Source: Candidatus Saccharimonadota bacterium
GTDB lineage: Bacteria > Bacteroidota > Bacteroidia > Flavobacteriales > Blattabacteriaceae
NCBI RefSeq assembly: GCF_014252415.1
Contig: NZ_CP059223.1
Span: 1-32,000, forward strand
Direction of reading: 5' to 3'
Length of the DNA stretch: 32,000 nucleotides
How positions within the stretch are numbered: the stretch's first letter is position 1; the number at the start of each line of letters is the position of its first letter. The notes under the pieces are model-generated. The model searched no databases, was not told the origin of the DNA, and saw only the letters and a list, made by a program, of their open reading frames with translations. A program made the translations under genes and the position numbers. Below are positions 1-10,422 of the stretch, one piece after another.

Positions 1-1251
1 ATGAATAATGAAGCTTTAATAGATTCTTTTTTGGATTTTAAATATGAAAAAAATATAGATAGAGTCAATTTAATGGCAATTTTAGAAGAATCAATAAGAT
101 GTGTATTAAAAAAAAAATATGATTCTTCTGAAAATTATGATATTATAGTAAATCCAGATCAAGGGGATTTAGAAATTTGGCGAAATAGAATAGTAGTAAA
201 AGATGGATTACTAAAAGATAGGAACAAAGAAATAGAATTATCTGTAGCAAAGAATATTGAATCTGATTTTGAAATAGGAGAAGAAGTGACAGAAAAAGTT
301 GAGTTACAGTCTTTGGGTAGAAGATCTATTTTATCGTTAAAACAAAATTTATTATCAAAAATTAATGAATATGATAATACAAATATTTATAAAAAGTTCA
401 AAAATAAAATAGGAGAAATAATAAATGTTGAAGTATATCATATTTTATCTAAACATATTCTTGTAAGAGATGAAGAACAAAATGAAATGATTTTACCTAA
501 AAAAGAACAAATTCCTAATGATTTTTTTAAGAAAGGAGATATAATAAAAGCATTAGTAAAAAAAGTAGATTGGAAAGATAATAAACCCATCGCTATTCTT
601 ACTAGAAAAAATGAAAATTTTTTAGAAGAATTATTAAAATTAGAAATACCAGAAATTTCAGATGGAATAATTACAATTAAAAAAGTTAATCGTATTCCAG
701 GAGAAAAAGCAAAAATTTCTGTAGAGTCTCATGATGATAGAATTGATCCAGTAGGTGCTTGTGTTGGAATGAAAGGATCTAGAATTCATCCAATTGTTAG
801 AGAATTAAAAAATGAAAATATAGATATTATTAACTATACTTCAAATATACAATTATATATTACTCGTTCTTTAAGTCCTGCAAAAATATCTATAATGGAA
901 ATTAATGAAGAAAAAAAATGTGTTAATGTTTATGTAAAGTTAGAAGAAATATCTAAAGCTATTGGAAAAAATGGACAAAATATAAAGTTAGCTACACAAT
1001 TAACAGGTTATAAAATCAATATATTTAAAGATAATCATTATGAAGATGATGTAGAACTATCGGAATTTTCCGATGAGATTGAAGAAAAAATATTAGAAAA
1101 ATTTTATAAAATAGGTTTAAATACAGCAAAATCTGTATTAAACTACGAAAAAAAACATTTAATCGAAAGAACAAATATCGAAAAAAAAATTATAGAAAAA
1201 ATAGTTTCTATATTAAAAAAAGAATTTGAAGGAGAACTAAACAATGTTTAA
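1..1251 (+). CDS. nusA: Transcription termination/antitermination factor NusA
   Basis: 416-aa ORF starting at ATG at position 1. It has a NusA N-terminal domain, an S1-like region and two KH-like regions (DPVGACVGMKGSRIHPIVRELKNENIDII; AIGKNGQNIKLATQLTGYKINI). infB follows immediately, as in the conserved nusA-infB operon. Confidence 0.93.
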   Translation: MNNEALIDSFLDFKYEKNIDRVNLMAILEESIRCVLKKKYDSSENYDIIVNPDQGDLEIWRNRIVVKDGLLKDRNKEIELSVAKNIESDFEIGEEVTEKVELQSLGRRSILSLKQNLLSKINEYDNTNIYKKFKNKIGEIINVEVYHILSKHILVRDEEQNEMILPKKEQIPNDFFKKGDIIKALVKKVDWKDNKPIAILTRKNENFLEELLKLEIPEISDGIITIKKVNRIPGEKAKISVESHDDRIDPVGACVGMKGSRIHPIVRELKNENIDIINYTSNIQLYITRSLSPAKISIMEINEEKKCVNVYVKLEEISKAIGKNGQNIKLATQLTGYKINIFKDNHYEDDVELSEFSDEIEEKILEKFYKIGLNTAKSVLNYEKKHLIERTNIEKKIIEKIVSILKKEFEGELNNV

Positions 1252-1307
1252 AATTAAATATTGTTTGTTGTTAAATTTTTATTTTTGTTCTTATTTTATT
1301 AAAATAT

Positions 1308-3767
1308 ATGGTTGATAAAATCAGACTAAAAACAGTACTAACTAAGTTTAATATATCATTACAAAGAGTAATTAATTTTTTGAAAAAAAATGGGATTAAA
1401 ATAGAAAATAATCCTAATACAAAAATAGAAGAAAAAGTATATAAATTTATTGTTAGAAAATTTCATAATTATAAAAAAATTAGGGATGCTTCTGAAAGAA
1501 TATTTTTGAAAAAGAAAAAAGAAAATGAAAAAATTAAAAAAGAATTATTAAGATCAATTAATATAACTAATAATAATTTAGTAAGTAAAATAAATAAAAT
1601 TGAAAAAATAAATGAAAAATTGAAAGAAAAAAAAATTGAAAAAAAATTACCAGAACATATAGATACTGTATATAAAAAATTAGATGGTGTTATACTAACA
1701 GGGGATAAAATAGATCTTTCTAAATTTGAAAAAAAAAAAATAAAATTGAATTTTAAAAAAAAACGAAAAAGAATAAAAAAGGAAATACCATTTAATAAAA
1801 ATAGAAAAAATAATACTTTCAAAAAAGTTTCAGAAAAAAAATCAACAAAACAAAGAAACAATAGAAAAAATAAGATTACAAACGAACAAATAGAAAAACA
1901 AATTAAAGAAACTTTAGAAAAGTTATCCTATAAAGGAACAAAATCAAAATTTTCTAAAATAAAAAAAGAAAAACGTCAAAATAAAAAAGATAAAAAATTA
2001 ATAGAAAATAAAATAGAAACAAAAAAGGAAAAATTATTAAAATTATCAGAGTTTACGACAGTAAATGAATTATCATCAATGATGAATATTAATCCAACTG
2101 ATGTAATTATGTCATGTATGTCTTTGGGCATTATGGTAACAATGAATCAAAGATTAGATGCAGAATTAATAACTTTAGTATCAGATGAATTTGGATATAA
2201 TGTAGAATTTTTAGGATTAGATCTAGAAGATTCTATTCAGGATGATAAAGATTTAGAAAAAGATTTAAAACCTAGACCACCTATAATAACAGTAATGGGA
2301 CATGTTGATCATGGAAAAACATCTTTATTAGATTATATAAGAAATACCAATGTTATTGCTGGGGAATCAGGAGGTATTACTCAACATATAGCTGCGTATA
2401 GCGTAGAATCTAGTAATAATCAGGGTATTACATTTTTGGATACTCCAGGACACGAAGCCTTTACAGCAATGAGAGCTAGAGGAGCTCAAATCACTGATAT
2501 TGCTATCATAGTAATAGCATCGGATGATCAAATTATGCCTCAAACTAAAGAAGCCATAAGTCACGCAAGAGCCGCTAACGTCCCAATTATTTTTGTTTTT
2601 AACAAAATAGATAAACCAAATGCAAATACCAATAGAATAAAAGAACAATTATCAAAATTAAATTTATTAGTAGAAGAATGGGGGGGGAAATATCCAAATC
2701 AAGAGATATCAGCAAAAACTGGAAAAGGAATTAAAAAATTATTAGAAAAAGTTATTTCAGTTTCAAATTTACTAAATTTAAAATCAAATCCTAATAAAGC
2801 AGCTATAGGTACAGTTATAGAGGCATCTTTAGATAAAGGTAAAGGTTATATAACTACTGTCCTTGTTCAAGGAGGAACTATAAAGTTAGGAGATTATGTT
2901 TTAGCAGGAATTAATCATGGAAAAGTTAAAAACTTACTAGACGAAAGAGGTAAATCTATTCCATTTGCTGGTCCATCTAAACCTGTTACTATAGTAGGAT
3001 TAAATGGAGCTCCTACTGCGGGTGACAAATTTAAAGTTTTTCATAATGAAAGAGAAGCTAAACAATTAGCTTCAAAAAGAGAACAATTACAAAGAGAACA
3101 AAATATACGTGCTCAAAAACATCTTACTTTGGATGAAATAGGTAGAAGAATTTCCATAGGAGATTTTAAGGAATTAAAAATTATTATAAAGGGTGATGTT
3201 GATGGATCAGTAGAAGCCATTGCTGATACATTACAAAAATTATCAACAAGTAATATTATAATTAATATTATTTATAAGGGAGTAGGACAAATTACAGAAT
3301 CAGATATATTATTAGCAAGTGCATCAGATGCTATTGTAATAGGTTTTAATGTAAGACCTAATAATAGCGCTAAAAATATAGCAAAAAAAGATAATATAGA
3401 AATAAGAATTTATTCAATTATATATAATGTTATTAATGATATTAAAGAAGCAATGGATGGTATGTTATCTCCAAAAATAAGAGAAAAAATTTTAGGAAAT
3501 GCCGAAATAAGAGAAATATTTAAACTTTATAAAATTGGTACAATAGCTGGATGCATGGTAATAGAAGGTAAATTATTAAGAAAATCAAAAGTAAGATTAA
3601 TACGAGAAGGTATAGTAATCCATAATGGAGAATTTTTATCTTTAAAACGATTTAAAGAAGATGTAAAAGAAGTTCAAAAAGGATACGAATGTGGGTTAGG
3701 ATTAAAAAATTATAATGATTTAAGATCTGGAGATCTTATAGAATCTTATGAAGAATTTTCTTCATGA
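1308..3767 (+). CDS. infB: Translation initiation factor IF-2
   Basis: 819-aa ORF. GTPase motifs are GHVDHGKTS (G1), DTPGHEAF (G3) and NKID (G4), followed by IF-2 C-terminal domains. The N-terminal region is Lys-rich and low-complexity. It ends with TGA inside an ATGA overlap with the downstream ORF. Confidence 0.95.
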   Translation: MVDKIRLKTVLTKFNISLQRVINFLKKNGIKIENNPNTKIEEKVYKFIVRKFHNYKKIRDASERIFLKKKKENEKIKKELLRSINITNNNLVSKINKIEKINEKLKEKKIEKKLPEHIDTVYKKLDGVILTGDKIDLSKFEKKKIKLNFKKKRKRIKKEIPFNKNRKNNTFKKVSEKKSTKQRNNRKNKITNEQIEKQIKETLEKLSYKGTKSKFSKIKKEKRQNKKDKKLIENKIETKKEKLLKLSEFTTVNELSSMMNINPTDVIMSCMSLGIMVTMNQRLDAELITLVSDEFGYNVEFLGLDLEDSIQDDKDLEKDLKPRPPIITVMGHVDHGKTSLLDYIRNTNVIAGESGGITQHIAAYSVESSNNQGITFLDTPGHEAFTAMRARGAQITDIAIIVIASDDQIMPQTKEAISHARAANVPIIFVFNKIDKPNANTNRIKEQLSKLNLLVEEWGGKYPNQEISAKTGKGIKKLLEKVISVSNLLNLKSNPNKAAIGTVIEASLDKGKGYITTVLVQGGTIKLGDYVLAGINHGKVKNLLDERGKSIPFAGPSKPVTIVGLNGAPTAGDKFKVFHNEREAKQLASKREQLQREQNIRAQKHLTLDEIGRRISIGDFKELKIIIKGDVDGSVEAIADTLQKLSTSNIIINIIYKGVGQITESDILLASASDAIVIGFNVRPNNSAKNIAKKDNIEIRIYSIIYNVINDIKEAMDGMLSPKIREKILGNAEIREIFKLYKIGTIAGCMVIEGKLLRKSKVRLIREGIVIHNGEFLSLKRFKEDVKEVQKGYECGLGLKNYNDLRSGDLIESYEEFSS

Positions 3768-3793
3768 GAAGACAAAAATTAAATAATAAAATT

Positions 3794-5443
3794 ATGTATA
3801 GAACACATAATTGTGGTGAATTATCTAAAAAAAATATAAATGAAAAAGTAATACTATCTGGATGGGTTCAAAAGATTAGAAATTTAGGAAATATAATATT
3901 TATAGATATTAGAGATTATTTTGGAATTACACAATTAGTAATTAATAAATTACTAATAAAAAATAATATAGGAAAAGAATTTTTAATAAAAATTTATGGA
4001 ACAGTTGTAGAGAGATTGTCAAAAAATTATACATTATCTACAGGATTCATAGAAATATTAGTATCAAAGATAGAAATACTAAATAATTCACTTCCAATAC
4101 CTTTTCTTATTGAGGATAAAACAGATGGAACAGAAAAAGATAGAATGACTTATAGATATCTTGATCTAAGAAGATCTATTATAAAAAAAAATTTAATATT
4201 TCGTCATGAAATTATATTAGAAATAAGAAAATTTTTATCTTCTAAATGTTTTATAGAAATAGAAACTCCTATATTAGTTAAAAATACGCCTGAAGGAGCT
4301 AGAAGTTTTTTGGTTCCATCTAGGAATTATCCTAATAAATTTTATGCATTAGCTCAATCACCTCAAATATTTAAACAATTACTTATGATAGGTGGTATTG
4401 ATAAGTATTTTCAAATAACAAAATGTTTTAGAGATGAGGATGCCAGATATGATAGACAAATTGAATTTACACAAATTGATTGTGAAATGTTATTTGTAGA
4501 TGTTGTTGATGTAATTAAATTTTTTGAAAAATTTATAAAAAATATATTTAAATTTAGTAATGTTAAAATAACAGAATCGTTTCCATGTATATCTTACTAT
4601 AAATCTATTAAATATTATGGTACTGATTGTCCAGATATACGTTTCGGAATGAAATTTACTGAATTAAATATTTTATTAAAAACAAAAAATATTAATGTAT
4701 TAAATATACATGAATTAGTAATTGGAATAAAAGTAAAAAATATAAATGATATTCATTGTATTATAAATTTAAAAAAAAATAAAATTAAAAATATTATTTG
4801 TATTCAACACGTATCAAAAAAAAAATTCTTACTACACAATAAAAAAATATTAAATTTAAAAGAAATATGTATAATATCTAAATTTTTTAATACTAATCCA
4901 GGAGATATTATCTTTATATCTTATGGAAAAAAAAATGAAGCTAGATATTTTTTAAAAAAAATACGTGACAAAATAATTAATTATTTGTCAAATAAAAATA
5001 TTTATATTTATCAACCAATATGGATCACAGAACTACCAATATTTAAAATAGATAATAATCATTATAAATCTACGCATCATCCTTTTACATCTCCAATAGA
5101 AGATGATGTACATTTATTAAAAAGTAATCCTCAATATGTTCGTTCTAAATCTTATGATTTAGTTATTAATGGTATCGAAGTTGCCAGTGGATCCATACGG
5201 ATTTATAAGAAAAATATACAAAAATTAATTTTTAATCATTTAGGTCTTTCAGATAAGGAAATCCAATGTAAATTTGGTTTTTTTATGAAAGCTCTAGAAT
5301 ATGGAGCCCCCCCACATGGGGGAATTGCATTTGGTTTAGATAGATTAATTTCTCTATTAAAACAAGATGATAATATAAAAAATTTTATTGCATTTCCTAA
5401 AAATAGTTCAGGGAAAGATATAATGACAAATTCACCGTTATAA
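3794..5443 (+). CDS. aspS: Aspartate--tRNA ligase (bacterial type with insertion domain)
   Basis: Class II aaRS motifs FRDEDARYDRQIEFTQID (motif 2) and GGIAFGLDRL (motif 3), plus an N-terminal OB-fold region (VILSGWVQKIRNLGNIIFIDIRD). The ORF is open from ATG 3764 (4-nt overlap with infB). The conserved AspRS N-terminus MYRTHNCGEL begins at ATG 3794, which I take as the more likely start. Confidence 0.9.
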   Translation: MYRTHNCGELSKKNINEKVILSGWVQKIRNLGNIIFIDIRDYFGITQLVINKLLIKNNIGKEFLIKIYGTVVERLSKNYTLSTGFIEILVSKIEILNNSLPIPFLIEDKTDGTEKDRMTYRYLDLRRSIIKKNLIFRHEIILEIRKFLSSKCFIEIETPILVKNTPEGARSFLVPSRNYPNKFYALAQSPQIFKQLLMIGGIDKYFQITKCFRDEDARYDRQIEFTQIDCEMLFVDVVDVIKFFEKFIKNIFKFSNVKITESFPCISYYKSIKYYGTDCPDIRFGMKFTELNILLKTKNINVLNIHELVIGIKVKNINDIHCIINLKKNKIKNIICIQHVSKKKFLLHNKKILNLKEICIISKFFNTNPGDIIFISYGKKNEARYFLKKIRDKIINYLSNKNIYIYQPIWITELPIFKIDNNHYKSTHHPFTSPIEDDVHLLKSNPQYVRSKSYDLVINGIEVASGSIRIYKKNIQKLIFNHLGLSDKEIQCKFGFFMKALEYGAPPHGGIAFGLDRLISLLKQDDNIKNFIAFPKNSSGKDIMTNSPL

Positions 5444-5464
5444 AAAATATTTTACTATAAATGT

Positions 5465-5947
5465 TTAATTTTTTTTATATCGTAAACAAGATTCATTATA
5501 CAATATAATTGCAGATTGTTTATTTCTCCACCCAATTATTTCAGTTTTTTTATTTTCTAAATCCTTATATACTAAGAAAAAATGTTCTATTTCTTTTTTT
5601 TTATGTAAAGGAATGTCATCAATATCATTAATTATATTGTAATTTGGATCGGAAATTGGAACACATATTATTTTTTCATCTTTTTCTTTATTATCTATCA
5701 TTGAAAAAACACCAATAGGTTTCACTCTTATTAAACACCCCGGAAAAGTACATTCAGTTAAAAAAACTAATACATCTATAGGATCATTATCTGTAGATAA
5801 TGTATTTGGAATAAAACCATAGTCTGTAGGATAATTCATAGGAGAATATAATACTCTATCTAATCGTATTTGATTATATTTTTTATCAAATTCATATTTA
5901 TTTCTACTACCTCTAGGTATTTCAATTAAAACATCAAATATTATCAT
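5465..5947 (-). CDS. ppa: Inorganic pyrophosphatase (family I)
   Basis: 160-aa ORF with family I PPase core sequences EIPRGSRNKYE and DYGFIPNTLSTDNDPIDVLV. It lies 4 nt downstream of the E2 gene on the same strand. Confidence 0.93.
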   Translation of the reverse strand: MIIFDVLIEIPRGSRNKYEFDKKYNQIRLDRVLYSPMNYPTDYGFIPNTLSTDNDPIDVLVFLTECTFPGCLIRVKPIGVFSMIDNKEKDEKIICVPISDPNYNIINDIDDIPLHKKKEIEHFFLVYKDLENKKTEIIGWRNKQSAIILYNESCLRYKKN

Positions 5948-5951
5948 TATT

Positions 5952-7145
5952 TTATATTTTTGTATTTTGATTAAATTTTTCTAAATATAAAGCAACTTTT
6001 TTGACAAATCCACCTCCTAAAACTCCATCTATTACTCTATGATCATAAGAATGAGATAAATAGATTTTATATCTAATTTCTATAAAATCTCCATTAGGAT
6101 CTTCCATAATAGATAATTTTTTATGAATCAATCCTATAGCCATAATAGCTACTTGTGGTTGATTTATTATTGGAGTTCCAAAAAGATTCCCAAAACTTCC
6201 AATATTACTTATTGTATAAGTTCCTCCCTGAGTTTCATCAGGTTTTAATTTATTTGATCTAGCTCTTTTTATCAAATCATTTATAATTTTTACTAGTTCT
6301 AATAAATTATAAAAATCTGCATTTTTTATTACAGGTACAATTAAATTACCATTAGACAATGCAGTAGCAATACCAATATGAATATTTTTTTTTATTATTA
6401 TATCTGTTCCATTTACAGATATATTTATCATAGGATAATCTTTAATAGCTTTTACTATACATTTTACAAAAATAGACATTATTGTTAATTTTTCTCCTGT
6501 ATTTTTTTGAAAATATTTTTTTGTTTTTTCTCTCCATTTAACAATATTTGTTACATCCGCTTCGACAAAAGAAGTAACATGAGCAGATATTTTTTTACTA
6601 TTTATCATATGTTTTGACGTTATTTCACGTATTTTATCCATTTTTATAACGTTTTCGTTAAGAAGAGACTTTTTTGTGATAATTATATTATTTTTATCTA
6701 ATTCTGGCTTATAGTATAATGATTTTGATTTATTTTTAATATAAGTTAATATATCATCTTTAGTAATTCTACCTTTTATTCCAGTACCATTTATTGTTTC
6801 TAATTCATACAAATTAATCTTTTCTTCTTTAGCGATTTTACGAACAATAGGGGAATAAAATGTTTTTTTATTTTTTTTATATGATAAAAATTTTTTATAA
6901 AATTTATTTGTAGATAAAATGGCTATAACACTTCCTACTTTAACAATATTATTTTGATTATATATTTTTTTTTTTAAAAATCCATTTATAGGAGAAATTA
7001 TTTCAGAATTAATTTTATCAGTAGTTATTTCTAATAATACTTCTTCTTTTTTGATAAAATCTCCTTCTTTTTTCAACCAACGGGAAATAGTTACTTCATT
7101 TATACTTTCACCCATAGATGGAACGGTAAGATTATAATCGCCCAT
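5952..7145 (-). CDS. 2-oxoacid dehydrogenase complex E2 (dihydrolipoamide acyltransferase)
   Basis: Single lipoyl domain (PSMGESINEVTISRWLKKEGD...LEITTDKINSEI), a peripheral-subunit-binding domain (SPIVRKIAKEEKINL...GTGIKGRITKDDI) and a catalytic domain with SHSYDHRVIDG. The N-terminal PxMGES...TDK pattern resembles the flavobacterial branched-chain/acetoin-type E2 more than SucB or PdhC. Substrate specificity cannot be fixed from sequence by eye. Confidence 0.85.
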   Translation of the reverse strand: MGDYNLTVPSMGESINEVTISRWLKKEGDFIKKEEVLLEITTDKINSEIISPINGFLKKKIYNQNNIVKVGSVIAILSTNKFYKKFLSYKKNKKTFYSPIVRKIAKEEKINLYELETINGTGIKGRITKDDILTYIKNKSKSLYYKPELDKNNIIITKKSLLNENVIKMDKIREITSKHMINSKKISAHVTSFVEADVTNIVKWREKTKKYFQKNTGEKLTIMSIFVKCIVKAIKDYPMINISVNGTDIIIKKNIHIGIATALSNGNLIVPVIKNADFYNLLELVKIINDLIKRARSNKLKPDETQGGTYTISNIGSFGNLFGTPIINQPQVAIMAIGLIHKKLSIMEDPNGDFIEIRYKIYLSHSYDHRVIDGVLGGGFVKKVALYLEKFNQNTKI

Positions 7146-7233
7146 TTTAAATTTATTATTTATTTTTTGTTATATTATAAAAATGAAACTTTATATTTAT
7201 GTAAGCTCAAAAATAATAAATTCATTTTAAAAA

Positions 7234-8772
7234 ATGAAAATTCTTTCTTTAAATCAAATTAAACAAGCTGATCAATACTGTATTGATTTTGAACCAATTT
7301 CTTCTTTAGATCTAATGGATAGAGCATCTAAAAAATGTATCGATTGGATCATTGAAAATAAGAATTTTTTTAAAAAATTAAATTTTCCGTTTATAATTTT
7401 ATCAGGAAATGGTAATAATGGAGGTGATGGACTTTCTTTAGCTATAAAATTTTATTTACTTGGAATAAATATAAATATATATATAATTAATATTTCAAAA
7501 CATTCTTCTTACGAGTTTTTGATGAATAAAAAAAAAATATTAGAGTATAATATAAAATATATGGATATATATGAAAATGATAAATATCCTTTTTTTAATG
7601 AAAAAAGTTATCTTATTGATGCAATTTTAGGTGTAGGATTAAATAGATCTTTAAATAAATATTGGAAGTCATTTTTTAATTTTATAAATAAAAAAAATTT
7701 TTTATCTGTTTTATCTATAGATATTCCTTCTGGAATGTTTATTGAAAAACAAAATGAAAACATTGATAATATTATAAAATCTGATTATATATTAACTTTT
7801 CAAACTCCAAAACTACCATTTTTTTTACCTGATTATGAAAAATGTATAAAAGAATGGTTTATATTAAATATTGGATGGAAAAATGAATTTATAGAAAAAA
7901 TATATACCAAAAATTTTTATATAAATAAAAAAATGATTTTTCACATGAAAAAAAAAAGAAAAAAATTTTCTCATAAGGGAAATTATGGACATGGAGTTAT
8001 TATAGGAGGTTCATATGGAATGATAGGGTCTATAATTCTTTCTGGAAAAGCTAGTTTTAAATGTGGAATTGGAAAATTAAGTATATTTATTCCAAATTGT
8101 GGATATAATATAGTTCAAAATAATATATTAGAAGCAATTGTAAAAACTGATATACATAATAATTATATTAGTAAAATATTTATACCGGATAATATTAATT
8201 CAATAGGAATAGGAATGGGGATGGGGGTTAACAAATTTACTATTAATGCATTTAAATTATTTTTGATAGATTTATCTAATAATAAAGAAAAATCTTTTAT
8301 TCCTATAGTTATTGATGCTGATGCTATAAATATATTGTCAAATGATTCAAATTTATTAAATCTTCTTCCGAAGAACACCATTATTACCCCACATCCTAAA
8401 GAATTTAGGAAATTATTTGGATCATGGAATAATGATTTTCATAAATTAGATATTTTAAGAAAAATGTCTAAAAAACATAATATTTATATTATATTAAAAG
8501 GTGCACATTCTATTGTTTCGACTCCTAATAACGAACTTTATTTCAATAGTACTGGTAATCCTGGAATGGCTACTGCCGGAAGTGGAGATGTTTTAACCGG
8601 AATGATTTTAAGTTTTTTATCTCAAGGATATTCTATAAAAAATTCATGTATTATGAGTGTTTATTTACATGGATTATCTGGCGATTTTGCTGCAAAAACA
8701 TTAAATGAAGATTCCATTATTGCTACGGATATTATAAACCATATACCAAAATCTATAAAAAAAACTTTTTAA
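7234..8772 (+). CDS. nnr: Bifunctional NAD(P)H-hydrate repair enzyme (epimerase + ADP-dependent dehydratase), YjeF family
   Basis: N-terminal YjeF_N motif SGNGNNGGDG. C-terminal carbohydrate-kinase-like domain (HKGNYGHGVIIGGS, ATAGSGDVLTG). 512 aa. Confidence 0.9.
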   Translation: MKILSLNQIKQADQYCIDFEPISSLDLMDRASKKCIDWIIENKNFFKKLNFPFIILSGNGNNGGDGLSLAIKFYLLGININIYIINISKHSSYEFLMNKKKILEYNIKYMDIYENDKYPFFNEKSYLIDAILGVGLNRSLNKYWKSFFNFINKKNFLSVLSIDIPSGMFIEKQNENIDNIIKSDYILTFQTPKLPFFLPDYEKCIKEWFILNIGWKNEFIEKIYTKNFYINKKMIFHMKKKRKKFSHKGNYGHGVIIGGSYGMIGSIILSGKASFKCGIGKLSIFIPNCGYNIVQNNILEAIVKTDIHNNYISKIFIPDNINSIGIGMGMGVNKFTINAFKLFLIDLSNNKEKSFIPIVIDADAINILSNDSNLLNLLPKNTIITPHPKEFRKLFGSWNNDFHKLDILRKMSKKHNIYIILKGAHSIVSTPNNELYFNSTGNPGMATAGSGDVLTGMILSFLSQGYSIKNSCIMSVYLHGLSGDFAAKTLNEDSIIATDIINHIPKSIKKTF

Positions 8773-10411
8773 AAAATATTTTATACATACATGTATACAA
8801 TATAATATTAATAATTATCAAAAAACATATTTGATACAAAAAATCACCATGTTTCGTATAGAAAGTTTTTTTTGAATTAGAATATATTTTATGTGTTAAA
8901 ATACCTTCTTTTCCATAAGAAATTTTAGAAATTATATTTCCTTTATCATCAATAAAACAAGAAACACCAGTATTAGCAGATCTAGCTATATATTTTCTAT
9001 TTTCAATAGCTCTCAGACGAGAATAATACAAATGCTGTTTATATCCTTGAGAATTACCCCACCATCCATCATTAGTAATGATTACCATTATATTTGCATT
9101 TTTTTTAAAAAATTTAGAAACATATTCTCCAAAAATAGATTCATAACAAATTATAGGAGCTATATTTATTTTTGAATTAGGATTATTAAAAATAAAATAA
9201 TTTTCTTTTCTACCAAGCTCTATTATGTTACCTCCAAAATCAAGTAATATATTTCCTATTATTGGATATAATATTTTTTTATATGGAAAAGATTCAACTG
9301 CTGGAACCAATTTATATTTATGATGATATAAAATATTTTTTTCTTTAGATTTGATTTGAACAACTGAATTAAATACATCACACCATAAATTATTATGATT
9401 TTTATTAAAAAATGGGGTAGAAGTATTACTTTTATATTTATGTTTATAAATAGTTAATAATTCTAATCCAACAATAAATATTGTATTTGGTGATTTAATA
9501 TTAAAATAATCAATAAAATTAGATATTATTTTATTTTCTTTTAAATTATTAGTTAATATTTTATCTTCATTACTATGAAATGAAGTTTCAGGAGCTACAA
9601 TTAATTTAAATTTTTTTAATAATTCTTTATTCATTAACTTTTTAAATTTAATAATTATTTCTTTATTTGATAATTTATATTTTTGATTATATGGATCAAT
9701 ATTAGGTTGTAATATTAATGTTTCAATAGGTTTATTATATTTTATTTTTTTACAATTAAAATAAACAATATTTGATATTGCAATCATTAATAATACAATG
9801 AATATATTAACTAATATATTTTTATATAGAAAAATTAAATTATTATTTTTTTTATATTCAATAATTGAATTTATAATACCAATATTTACAATCCATATCC
9901 ATATAGTACCTCCTAAAGTTCCTGTGTATTCATACCATTGAATCCATTCTATTCGATTAGAAAATCCATTTCCTAAATTAAGCCATGGCCAAGATAATTC
10001 CCATTCTAAATGCATTTTTTCAAATAAGATCCAAAAACATATTAAAAATATATATCCTATTTTTGGTATTTTTACATATTTTTTAAATAATGAATAAATA
10101 GTAAAAATAAAAGACATGATTGTAGAATTTATCATAATAGGAATTATATATGCTTCTAAAGCAAAACTCCCATCAGATCTTTTCGCATAAGATAACCACC
10201 ATGTGGAAATAGAATTCCAAATTAAAAAAGAAATAAAAGATAAAAAAAATATATAGAAAAAATTTTTTTTTGAAAAATATTCTTCTATATATAATAAAGG
10301 GACAAATGCAACAAATAGATAAATTGGATTACCATCAGTAGGCCAACCTATACTTAATAAAAATCCAGAAAATACACTATATAAAAAATATTGAGTTTTT
10401 TTTATTTTAAT
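8753..10411 (-). CDS. lnt: Apolipoprotein N-acyltransferase
   Basis: Polytopic N-terminal membrane region followed by a CN-hydrolase domain with the catalytic E/K/C context (VAPETSF; HHKYKLVPAVE; PIICYESIF). The ORF track starts it at ATG 10489, but codons 1-22 overlap the 3' tRNA-like domain of ssrA on the same strand. There is no ATG, GTG or TTG between the tmRNA end (10423) and the conserved SGFLLSIGWP segment. The start is therefore placed provisionally at ATT 10411-10409; ATA 10405-10403, giving MKKTQYF..., is equally plausible. Confidence 0.85.
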   Translation of the reverse strand: MKIKKTQYFLYSVFSGFLLSIGWPTDGNPIYLFVAFVPLLYIEEYFSKKNFFYIFFLSFISFLIWNSISTWWLSYAKRSDGSFALEAYIIPIMINSTIMSFIFTIYSLFKKYVKIPKIGYIFLICFWILFEKMHLEWELSWPWLNLGNGFSNRIEWIQWYEYTGTLGGTIWIWIVNIGIINSIIEYKKNNNLIFLYKNILVNIFIVLLMIAISNIVYFNCKKIKYNKPIETLILQPNIDPYNQKYKLSNKEIIIKFKKLMNKELLKKFKLIVAPETSFHSNEDKILTNNLKENKIISNFIDYFNIKSPNTIFIVGLELLTIYKHKYKSNTSTPFFNKNHNNLWCDVFNSVVQIKSKEKNILYHHKYKLVPAVESFPYKKILYPIIGNILLDFGGNIIELGRKENYFIFNNPNSKINIAPIICYESIFGEYVSKFFKKNANIMVIITNDGWWGNSQGYKQHLYYSRLRAIENRKYIARSANTGVSCFIDDKGNIISKISYGKEGILTHKIYSNSKKTFYTKHGDFLYQICFLIIINIILYTCMYKIFFKKFFL

Positions 10412-10422
10412 TCTATTATAAA

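Noticed and set aside
1469-1861. 130-aa antisense ORF inside infB (Phe/Leu/Ile-rich)
   Set aside because: It is the mirror image of the poly-Lys/AAA-rich IF-2 N-terminal region. It is low-complexity, has no recognisable motifs and lies entirely within a well-supported gene.
2367-2648. 93-aa antisense ORF inside the infB GTPase domain
   Set aside because: It overlaps the most conserved part of IF-2 on the opposite strand. It has no motifs, and a chance open frame is expected in AT-rich DNA.
3764-3793. 10-codon extension of aspS from ATG 3764 (ATGA overlap with infB)
   Set aside because: The conserved AspRS N-terminus begins at MYRTHNCGEL (ATG 3794). The extension (MRRQKLNNKI) is not excluded, but it is less likely.
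5952-7145. Orphan subunits (E2 without adjacent E1/E3; gcvP without gcvT/gcvH) as evidence of pathway loss
   Set aside because: Operon scattering is normal in Bacteroidota and in reduced genomes. Partners may lie outside this window, so no inference is possible here.
8163-8381. 72-aa antisense ORF inside nnr
   Set aside because: It lies within a well-supported CDS and has no recognisable features.
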